A stretch of 63,281 nt of DNA, the filler included, from Collodictyon triciliatum (Eukaryota): the NCBI GenBank assembly GCA_043381765.1. It is 7 parts of 7 records of this genome, joined end to end, with 100 filler letters (N's around TTAATTAATTAA, not from the genome) between each part and the next. Parts side by side here need not be neighbours in the genome. Positions count along the whole stretch, not along the records: positions 1 to 13,080 come from JBHJMP010002919.1; 6 more parts are not named here. One strand, given 5' to 3'. Position numbers and translations under genes: made by a program. Below are positions 1-10,628 of the stretch, one piece after another. How positions within the stretch are numbered: the stretch's first letter is position 1; each line of letters opens with the position of its first letter. The notes below the pieces were generated by a model. The model did not search any database. It worked only from the letters and a program-made list of their open reading frames with translations, and was not told the DNA's origin.

Positions 1-282
1 GTTCTTGAGGCGGAAGAAGAATGGCGACGGGATGTTGTATGAGATTGGTCTGCGTGAGCGCCACTTTCCTTTGTTATTCAGGACGGCTGTGGTTGGCTGT
101 GCATCGTGTGTGCGGAATGCGGTGGAGCCTGGCGTTGTGATGTATGAGCCGTCTTCTTTGAATGAGATTTCTCTGATGGTGCGTAAGGGGATGTCGTGAA
201 TCTGTTTGATGATGCAGAAGCCTTTCTGGTTGTCCTAGCATATTTGTCCTGCTGTCAGTTGTTAGCTCAGGGGTATTGGCAT

Positions 283-539
283 TTTTTTCCTTTATTCGAT
301 TCAAAGTGCAGCGAGGTTATGCCATACAAAGGGGCGGGATGGGAGCGCATAGGAGAGAGCAAACGCGAGTAGGAGAAGACACTACTGTGGAGAGGGTAGC
401 ACTGGAAAGAAATCAGTGATGGCGAGTTGGTCAGGTGGGCATCCCAACTGGTTGATTGGCTGCGTGGGTAGCAGGGTTTGGATATGCTGTGGGAGATATC
501 GCACGACACATTCCCACATCTCTCTTCGCTTGCGGCGGC
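283..539 (-). mobile_element. 5'-truncated non-LTR retroelement (LINE 3' end or SINE) with A-tail and 9-bp TSD
   Basis: TATTGGCAT at 274-282 and 540-548 flanks 257 nt. The minus strand ends ...TGCACTTTGAATCGAATAAAGGAAAAAA, and the same 3' end recurs at 2063, 39670, 42318, 45236 and 47141. Confidence 0.65.
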
Positions 540-988
540 TATTGGCATCTCTATTTAATGTGAAGTGATTCATATTCTTCACGCTATGGTGAACATAACA
601 CTCTACAGCAAATTAATCGAACTGCCATATCCATATTGGGTCGTGAGTTCTGCGAGCCGTCTCGTTGGCATATAAATAGGTTGTGGAATACTTGCGTGGA
701 TTTGTCTTATTGGCCAAGTACCAAACACTTCTTTGATGGAATGGAATGCCGTCTCCGGACTCGCCAAAGACCTTGATCAGTCTCGCCTTTATGTATTCCC
801 ACTTCTTTCTCTACCAGAGGTATCGTCCCCATAGCCGAACTCCCCACTTTTTGCCCAGACAGACGTTTGCAGCGGGTGGCGTGAAAGAATCTGCTCTCCT
901 GCAACATTCATGTACAGTCGAGTCCGAGCCCGCTTTTATGCTCTCTTGTTGGCCTCTTTTTATCACTGACCTGAGTTTATCATGACAG

Positions 989-1746
989 ATGAAATCTTGC
1001 CTTGTTTTGTTGGCGGTTCTCTGCATAGCCGCTACTGAGACTTATGCACTCAAGTCTTCCTTGTCTCTTCTTCAAGACTCCAAGCTGCAAATTGCTGGCG
1101 TCCGGAACATGTTAGTCTAAAAGTGAACTTATAGTTGTTTTTTCTTTTCAATTACTTACTGCTTTAAATATGGATCGCGGTAGACGAATATTACAATTCG
1201 CTCTTTTTATTTTCTTTTTTTTGTTACGTTTTTTTTCTCTTCCTCTATACATATTTGTTGACTGGTTCAATCGATGAGTTTCTTAATGAAGCCCTCGTAT
1301 GTTAACTGGCAAACTTGACAGCATGAAGAGCCGATTCGAGTCAATGGACCATTTGGCTGTGAACATGAAGCGCAGCACGGTATTCCCCACTCGAGTCTAT
1401 GGCTTCTGTTGCATATATTCTCTTTTCTTTTTCTTTATTTTTCTTTCTTTTTCTTTCTTTTATTCTTTATCTTTTATTCTTACTCTTTTATTCTTACTCT
1501 TTTATTCTTACTCTTTTATTCTTACTCTTTTATTCTTAATCTTTACTCCCTAAACCGACAAGATTTTCTTTTGTACCTTTTATTGTTGAAGTGAAGAATG
1601 ACTCATTATTTTTGTCTTTTCTTGCGCTCATGCTAGCCGGACGTTCCAATTGAATGTGCCTCTGATCTGCTTCGACTCATCGCTGAGCCAACGTGTGCAT
1701 CTTTTTTTGATAAGTTGATTGGAGACGGCTCATTCAACCGTAGCGG

Positions 1747-1780
<34 letters not shown>

Positions 1781-4700
1781 AATGACAATGATGATGGCTC
1801 AAGCTCATTACCTGGTAAATTAAATCACACATCCCAGTGAAAGTGTTTTAACGATGTTAATACAAATTTAAATGGCCATATGAATTTTGAGCCCCTATGT
1901 CACCAATATTGTTTCATTCAGACCTCTCCATGGAGGATGTATCTGCTTATTGTCAAGGAAACTGCTCCATTCTTGTCTCAGTTTGTGCTTTTCCTTTATC
2001 ATTTAAAAAAAAAGCAATTTGATATCGCGCACTTCTTAAAATGTTTATGGCTTTCTCGTTCTCTTTATTCGATTCAAGGTGCATTAGATTTTCTTAAGTG
2101 TATTTTTTTTCTCATTTATTCTATCCAACTTAATTGTATCTTTTCATTTTTATTGGGTGCGTTTGAACTAAACTTCCTATATATTAGACTGTTGTAAATT
2201 GCATCAATAAATACGAGCCAGAGGTAGCATATCTTAATCTAGGAGAGAAGAAATTAAATGAAGCACAATTAACTATCCGAAAATCTGGCTATTTCACTTT
2301 TAACTATTAAATATGTACGCTCCACCATAGGATGATTTAGAGTATCTGCAGCCGCTGCTGAATGGAATCTTGTGTCTTCAGGATGATGATGGCAATTACT
2401 GCTATCCCACTCTTTACAACGTTTCCCTCCTGTTCGAGGATAACGACTCTGTTTGTGGCTTTAACTTACTGTACTAAAGGAATTCAATTTATGTCGATAT
2501 ATGTATTCTTCCAAATCATAAAGATGATATATATTCTAGAAGTACCGCTCTGCCTCATACCACCGTGCTATCATGGAAAAAAGTCTCGATGATTTGAAGA
2601 GCTATGACACCAAAAGTTCCTATGATACTCGGTCTGTTTCCTCTCTCGGCAATATTACCACCCTTACCGAAGAAATGCTTGATGAAATATGCATCCCGTG
2701 CTACTACAAGCTCGTTGATTTCCTCTACGATTATGAGGTGCGTGTGTTAAGATAAATTTCAAGTTTATTGCATATTACATGTGGATATTCCCAATTCTCA
2801 TTTCTCTACGTACTCTTTTCCACCATAGAAAAAAAATCCTGGGTTTGAAGCAAAAGAATTTTACAACTTGGCCTATTTGGATGTTATCTGCCTTCAAGAC
2901 AATAACACTTACTGTGCCATTGTTGTTCAGGTGACATCTTCGACATATATTCGATATTAAGTCATAACCAGTACGCAATTCTAAAATAACCACATAATTA
3001 CCGGTGTGTGATATGTTAAACGACAAACACATCATAGGAATTTGAGCAGGCATGTGGATTGGAAGACTTCCACCCAGTTTGTGCATCATCACAGGTTGAT
3101 ACGGTGTGCGAAACTTCTTGCCTTCAAAAGGTTCTATCCACCTTCAGTGCTTACGACGACGATGATGACCACGACGATGACGATGTTAGACTTAGTTTCT
3201 GGCATATGATGCTCAATTTTTTTCCATGATTTGTTTATTTCATATAATCTATAAAATAAAAATAAAAAAACAAATTTGACTGCAGGATGAAAAAACAGTC
3301 AACTACTTCTGCCTTCAGGATGAGGAGGCATACTTCAGCAAAAAATTTTATTCTTTTATCACAAATGACATCACCTTATGTTTTCCACAATTTCAACAAG
3401 TTTACAACTATTTTTTGCAAGAAAAAAAGTACAGCCTTCGCAATTTCCCTCACTACATTTTGTTAGGGAGCTTTCTGTGTCTCAGAGTACGCGAAGTGGA
3501 ACACTACATATAGCAACACCTGCCCTGATGCTGTCGTTGAAAATGTGATTTTTTTTTTGAAAATAGAAAAGAAATACAGATTTCACAAATTATTTAATTA
3601 TGTTGTTCATTAAATGAGTCCCTCTACTATATCAATGGCCTCCTCTCAATATTTTTTCTATACCTCATTCAAAAGGGCTGTGCAAATCAAGATTGTCAAA
3701 ATGCACTTACTGACTTCACAAATGATATGGGTTGTTGTGCTGGTCCGATGTACGATCTATTTGATGACAGTAAGTACCGAACCCACCTTAATTTATTTTC
3801 ATTTATTATTTATTGCTCTATATTTTATCTGCTTTTGTTGCCCTGATTACCTATTTTATTAGTTTGTGAACGAAATTAACTAACACTAAATCAATTTTGT
3901 GTATATAGCGCATCCTGAACTTGAAGGCATAGTGAAAAAAACATGTCCCGCAATCATTGTTCCGGAAGCCTGTCCATCGAGCTATGTGAGATTTTACTCA
4001 AGCACACTTACACATTAATACTTTTCTGTATCTTGATTTCAATCCTTGACACTGACTGTTTGTCTCTCTGATAGGCGACCTACACTGTCCTCAAGACTAT
4101 GACCACATCATATGACTATGACTGGGTGACCAAGAACCGGAAGAACTTTGATCCATCATTCGTATCAGACATTGCCAGGTGATATATCTTACTTTCCAAG
4201 ACAGATATTTACTTGTATTATGATGTATTAAGTATCCAAAATATATTTGCAGTTGATATCGTCATTCAAATTTACCATGATTTTTTTTTAGTCTTGTGTG
4301 TTTCAAATCGTGCTTGGATGCGGACAATCTTTAAATTATTTATTATCAAAGGACTCTTGGCATCACAAAGCAAGATGTGAGCGTGGTCAATGTAATGCAG
4401 AAATCCACCACTTCCATCGGCCGAGCTACCTTCATGTCTATCACTGCAGACGTTCAGTTCACTATTCGCGGGCGCAACAACGCTCATACTGAATCGTATA
4501 CATTCACAAATTCTCAAACTGACGTAAACAACCGCAATTCATATATTATCCCCAAGGTTACGAATTCGATACATGTATGTGTTTCTTTCAAACTTCATCG
4601 GGCTTACCACTTTTTCTTTTCACCTCATGTATTAGGGTCTCCAATCAATACGACTCTTTATATGAAAATAACCAAATCAAGTTGGTTTCCACTGATGCAA

Positions 4701-4801
4701 CCTACCAGAGCGGCGGTAACCAAGGAGGATTTGCTCACACCACAACCATTCAACTGGGGCTCTCCTTTGTTGCCCTTATCCTTGGCCTTATCCTGTGGTA
4801 A
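989..4801 (+). CDS. Multi-exon secreted Cys-rich surface protein, likely GPI-anchored or C-terminally anchored, with a SEA-like membrane-proximal module
   Basis: Signal peptide MKSCLVLLAVLCIAATETYA at 989; ~14 short exons with GT(GC)-AG borders that join in frame; repeated motif CLQDDDGNYC / CLQDEEGAFC; poly-Asp tracts; ends GGFAHTTTIQLGLSFVALILGLILW* at 4801. Confidence 0.75.
1472..1537. repeat. Intronic 14-mer tandem repeat (TTTTATTCTTACTC)n
   Basis: Unit read directly, about 4-5 copies. Confidence 0.85.
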
Positions 4802-6300
4802 AAGAGCAGCGGATGCACACCAATATGTATGAAGGCTGCCTTACAAAAAAAGGCTTGACTACTTCTTGTCTTCAATACGTATACTTCTGCTTCTGTTGTT
4901 GCCTTTGTGTTTCCGGGCTGCCCCCCGTTTCCCTGAATACGATAGATACCAACAGCGCCAAATAAAAGAATCAGTGCATCCAAATCTGCGCTATGATGAA
5001 CATATATCATTCTACACATCGTGGTCACTGATATATTAATTTCGAAAGACCAAAATAACATATGGCTCTTTTGTTGTTGGGTAGCGACATTTTAGGTTGG
5101 TGGCTCAAAGGTGCGAACTAACAAGACAACAAACAGACTTGAGGATGTTAAAGTAAGTGCCATGAGAGTGATGTCGATAAAATCTACTTCGCTGGGGTGC
5201 TTACAAGTACACCATAAAGTACACTCAACTTTACATTCATCAGACACTTTCAATATTTCAGGATGAAAACAGAAAAAGAATGGGGTAAGGAAAGCATATG
5301 TATTTGGTATATTTGGCAAGGTCTGTAGTTTTTGTTTGTCTTATTTACCCTATCTCATCTTTTCTTTTTTCTTGGATTTTTTTTTTTGTTTTCCTCTTCT
5401 AAAGCCCTCATCTTCGGCACTCACCACACGCCCCATCCATACCGCCCTCGCATCAACAACAAACATAAGTATTTATTGGATGAACTGAATCGATGTCTTC
5501 TCAACAAGAGCGATTATAATCTTTGTGCTTGGCAACCTCGCCCAGATTGTGGAATTACAGCCACTTTGTCCCCTCGTTCGTCACCTTCACAGAAATGCCA
5601 TTCGAACGCAGGTGCACATATAAAAGTGAAACCAATCGCAAGCCACAATCTTCAATCGCCCACCATCGATTATGTTTTGGTTGCATTTCTCTTCTTTCCA
5701 TTGGAAAACCTGGGACAAAGCACAAGTCGATGTCTGTCTCTTTTGTGTCTGTGTGCCGCCGTTTATCCGCTCCGGCCTTTTGCGGGTTCGTCGATTAAGC
5801 ACTCGCTTTCGCCAAGTCGGATACAAACACGAAGCCGACAATCGGGGATTAATCCCTCCTTATCTACCGTGTTCCTCTATTTTCCATCCCTTCGCTTCCT
5901 CTGCCACTGAGCTCCATAACCATGTGGATTTGGCTTTGCCCTGGCTTTCCCTTTGGTGCTTGGCCTTTTTTTTTTTTTTTTCATGTTATATTATCGCCGC
6001 GAAGCCGATCCAAATAGAACAGAATCGCTTCAGAGAGTGGAGACTCTGGAAGAGGGACTGAGAAGAAAAGAAAAGAAAAGACACTTAGCAAGCGGACAAC
6101 ATGAATCCACCACCCTGTCATCGCAACATGACCCAAGCAGAGTTTGCGATAAACCCCTGCCGCTTTGTTGGCTATCTGCCCTTCTCTGTTTTCGGGCTCA
6201 TATTTTTTTCTTGTTTGTTTTGAATGTTTTGTTTGTTGTTGCTGATGTAGAAACGCCGGCCAAGACCAGAGGAAAAGGAGAAGGAAAGAGAGACGGGAGA

Positions 6301-8143
6301 ATGACCGACACGACCTTGGAAAACACGCCAGACGACTTCACCGCGACCTTGTCCGAGCCGAAGAGCAGCGAATATCTCTTGGCAAAGTCTCCACCGCGTC
6401 ACGCTCGACTGGCTCGAGCCTTGTTTGAGTCTCCAAAGACGCCGACTCTGTCAACCTCGCCGCTGACTCGCGGGGTAATTCGCTCCCTCTGCCTTACTGA
6501 CTCTCCAGACGTGCAACAAACCGACCAACAGCTGCTCCAAACCAAGCAAAGAAGCGCTCCAGCCTCTGCCAAACTCTGTAATCCTGTCCATGCCCCTGTT
6601 TGCCCTGGCGAAACAACAACAACAGCGTCCCAACTTCCTCGAAGCAGAGTCTCTGCCTTTCGATCACGCTCGGCTCATGACTTGGTTGAGATCCTCGGCC
6701 AGAGCCCACCAGGCTCTCTTGAAGGCTCCCCAAGTCGCAGTCCAGATTTTCTCGCTGGCATGGGTTCTCGCTCTTTGGAGGCCGATGATGCAACTCTGAA
6801 CCCTTCCTCGGCCTTGTCGCTGCCTCTTGTCCACAACACAGAGCACCCCGACTTGAAGAGCATATCTATCCACACGGTACGCGATGCTTTAATCTAGTTC
6901 AGGCTAAATTGAGAGGAAGGGACGGAACTATAATGCTTTTATGTCTCATCACTTTACTATATGCAATTATTTTTTGTATTTTATGTTTTTATATGTTTTT
7001 ATATGTTTTTATATGTTTTTATATGTTTTTATATGTTTTTATATGTTTTTATATGTTTTTATATGTTTTTATATGTTTTTATATGTTTTTATATGTTGTT
7101 TTTGTTCTTTGTTCTTTGTTCTTTGTTCTTTGTTCTTTGTTCTTTGTTCTTTGTTCTTTGTTCTTTGTTCTTTGTTCTTTGTTCTTTGTTTTTAGATGGC
7201 TGAGATTCTTCAGAAGAGGCTTGACCATGCCCATTCCAAGTATATCATTATTGATTGTCGCTACCCATATGAATTTGGTGGTGGCTGTATCGATGGCGCG
7301 CTTAACATCCCGACCCCAGATATGATGAACACGAAGCTATTTACTGATATAACTAAAAAGAATCAAGAAACTGCGATTATCTTCTACTGTGAATTTTCCT
7401 CGGAACGTGGACCCAGGATGTATAGCTGAACTCTTTTGTCTTTATTTCGCAATTTATTGTTTAGATGATAGCATTTTAGATTTAGTACCGAACTGAGTAT
7501 ATGCTCACAATAATTTGCATCCTATCCCAATTATCTTCCCTTTTTTTATTTCTTTCTTTAAAAGGTATCGACACGTCCGGGCTGCAGACAGAAGAATTAA
7601 TTCTCTTACATATCCTGCATTACATTATCCCTACATGTATCTCATGGCCGGTGGATATTCTGAGTTTTTCCGCGCTTACAAGGTTCGTATTTCTTATCCG
7701 CCATGCTTTTATGCTTGCTCATTTCTTTGGCACAAAATTGAAAGGAAGAATAAAAAAAAAATGCTTGCTCATTTCTGAGAAAGTATATTGACATATATGC
7801 CCATACATACCTTTTTAACTCTCTTTTCTCTGCATTCCCCAATATGCAGTCCTACTGCACCCCCGAGGTTTACATCAGGATGCACGACCCACAGTATCAG
7901 CATGAGCTTCTGCAATGGAGACGCGAACGGAGACTCGGCAAACGCTCGCGCAGTTACCACGACAATATGCGCATGACAATTACACAGCCGACTTCCCTGT
8001 GGCTCCAGCTGCAGCATCAGCCTTTGTCGACAGAGTCTGCCGTGCACAAGCAGCACCCTGGTGAGTCGGCCGCAAGCAACGGTCTGGAGCTCCACGAATG
8101 TCCTGGGAACCTTCCAGAGGCTTTTGAGGCTACTGAATCATAG
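6301..8143 (+). CDS. CDC25: Cdc25-type dual-specificity phosphatase (rhodanese fold); the 5' end may extend upstream
   Basis: Exons ~6301-6876, 7196-7419, 7565-7682, 7850-8143. Motifs IIIDCRYPYEFGGG, IIFYCEFSSERGPRM (CX5R), YPALHYPYMYLMAGGYSEFF, CTPEVYIRMHD; SP/TP-rich N-terminus. Confidence 0.92.
6981..7190. repeat. Compound intronic satellite (ATATGTTTTT)n followed by (TTGTTCT)n
   Basis: Read directly, inside Cdc25 intron 1, running up to the acceptor AG at 7194-7195. Confidence 0.95.
7711..7776 (+). mobile_element. 34-nt poly(A)-tailed insertion with perfect 16-bp TSD in a Cdc25 intron
   Basis: ATGCTTGCTCATTTCT (7711-7726) + TTGGCACAAAATTGAAAGGAAGAATAAAAAAAAA + ATGCTTGCTCATTTCT (7761-7776). 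Confidence 0.75.
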
Positions 8144-9601
8144 CCCCGCATCTCGCAGTCATCTCTGATTTGTTTTGCTTTGGCGTATATTTGATTTTGC
8201 TGTTTATTCATGTTTCTCTGGAGAATGCCACACCCACCATACAGGGCCAAACTTTTCTCTTTTTTTTCCCCCTTCTTATTTGCTGTTGCATCCAAACACG
8301 CGGTATAAAACATGCAGTGACACCCTTAAAGCACGCTAGAGTGTCAGCGAGTGCGGATGATTTCAGTTGTCGCTGGTGGGGTAAGGGAACAGTAGAGTTG
8401 TCTCTGTGAAGCGGGTCATTTCACATTGCGTCCTCTTTGTGTTCTGCTGCGAAGGATTGAGTGTCAACTCCTAATGGGCCCCATCAAAACCGAAATCGTT
8501 CATCGCAATGATGGTGTCGCAACGAGAAAGAAAAAGGTGATTAATAGGCCAGCTCATATTCGTAGCCGCAGAGTACAATCAGAATAATCTCACTGCGTGA
8601 ATATGCCTGCACAGGAGGAGGCACCGGTTCTCGACAGAATGGGAGACTTACATCAAGGCTGAATGTGTTTGACAGGCGATACGTCCCAGTCGCAGTGTTT
8701 GCTACTGTCGGCGTTGGGCCACGCAGGTAGTCCAGCTTCTCCTGCAGACTGAGAGGGCTCTGAGTGGCCGCGGCGGCTGCTTGTGGGCGCGGATACGTGG
8801 GGACAGAACCTAGCGCAGGGGTCGCTCTTTGGCTGCCGCAGCTGTTTGCTACAGATGCTGTGCTTGTGCTGCTCATTTGCTGTTTCTTGCAGGTAACAAG
8901 GCTGGCTGACGACGCACAAGTGTTTGAAGATTAGAACGCCAGATTGAGGCCGATGATGATCAAATGGGTTTCTTGCTGTCTGACCCCGTCAAGATCCCTT
9001 CTATGTCATCTGCATACTTGGGTGACTTCCCTGGGCCTGGAGTTCTCTCGCTCTTTGTTCGACCTGTCTAACACAGCACGCTGGCAGCTCGGGTCGAAGC
9101 GGGTTTGAGGATGCAGATTCATCTCTTTCGCCGTTGCGATAATCCAATTCTGGAATTCTAGGCACAGAAACCCTTCCTTTTCTACATTTAGTATTGCGTA
9201 GTATGGGAAGCACTTACGGCGATTCTCTGCGTTAAGTAATGCTTTCAATTTGTGAATATAAACACTTTTAAATTTACAAACATGTATATAATATGAATTG
9301 TATGACATAATTATAATTCTGTAATATATTCCGCAATAAGAGTTTGATTCAGGAAAGTTGGGTGTTCCACAATCTGCCAATCGACGACAGGAGTGATGAA
9401 AGGAGAAGGCAAATACCGAAACGTCCGCGCCAGTCATTGCCCCACAGCTTTGACTTTGATCTTCAAAGAGAAAAAGAAAACTATTTGAAGAGCGCGTGAG
9501 CATGACTGCCTTTGTTTGCTCGGAACAATCTCTGGAGCGTGTGTGTTTGTTCGTTCTCTACAGAGAGATAGAAACTAAATTGTGTGATGGATGTCTATTA
9601 C

Positions 9602-9631
9602 TTTCCTTCCTTCCTTCCTTCCTTCCTTCCT

Positions 9632-9699
<68 letters not shown>

Positions 9700-9701
9700 T
9701 C
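9602..9701. repeat. (TTCC)n/(TTTC)n microsatellite running into an assembly gap (9702-10403)
   Basis: Read directly. Confidence 0.95.
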
Positions 9702-10423
9702 NNNNNNNNNNNNNNNNNNNNNNNNNNNNNNNNNNNNNNNNNNNNNNNNNNNNNNNNNNNNNNNNNNNNNNNNNNNNNNNNNNNNNNNNNNNNNNNNNNN
9801 NNNNNNNNNNNNNNNNNNNNNNNNNNNNNNNNNNNNNNNNNNNNNNNNNNNNNNNNNNNNNNNNNNNNNNNNNNNNNNNNNNNNNNNNNNNNNNNNNNNN
9901 NNNNNNNNNNNNNNNNNNNNNNNNNNNNNNNNNNNNNNNNNNNNNNNNNNNNNNNNNNNNNNNNNNNNNNNNNNNNNNNNNNNNNNNNNNNNNNNNNNNN
10001 NNNNNNNNNNNNNNNNNNNNNNNNNNNNNNNNNNNNNNNNNNNNNNNNNNNNNNNNNNNNNNNNNNNNNNNNNNNNNNNNNNNNNNNNNNNNNNNNNNNN
10101 NNNNNNNNNNNNNNNNNNNNNNNNNNNNNNNNNNNNNNNNNNNNNNNNNNNNNNNNNNNNNNNNNNNNNNNNNNNNNNNNNNNNNNNNNNNNNNNNNNNN
10201 NNNNNNNNNNNNNNNNNNNNNNNNNNNNNNNNNNNNNNNNNNNNNNNNNNNNNNNNNNNNNNNNNNNNNNNNNNNNNNNNNNNNNNNNNNNNNNNNNNNN
10301 NNNNNNNNNNNNNNNNNNNNNNNNNNNNNNNNNNNNNNNNNNNNNNNNNNNNNNNNNNNNNNNNNNNNNNNNNNNNNNNNNNNNNNNNNNNNNNNNNNNN
10401 NNNATTTTTGTTTTTTTTTTTTG

Positions 10424-10461
<38 letters not shown>

Positions 10462-10628
10462 TCTTCCTTTCAATTTTGTGCAGGATGGTGAAGATGTTGG
10501 CTTTGGTTCGCTAGCCATGCATGTCCAATACTTTATTTTACTTTTACTTTTACTTTGTCCAGAGTCCGACCTCCAAAATGACGCTATATTAAGCATACAT
10601 ATTTATTGCTCACTAATCCTGTCTGTAG

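Noticed and set aside
6909-7203. Hydrophobic repeat ORFs (FYMFLYVFIC, VLCSLFF)
   Set aside because: Translations of intronic satellites in Cdc25.
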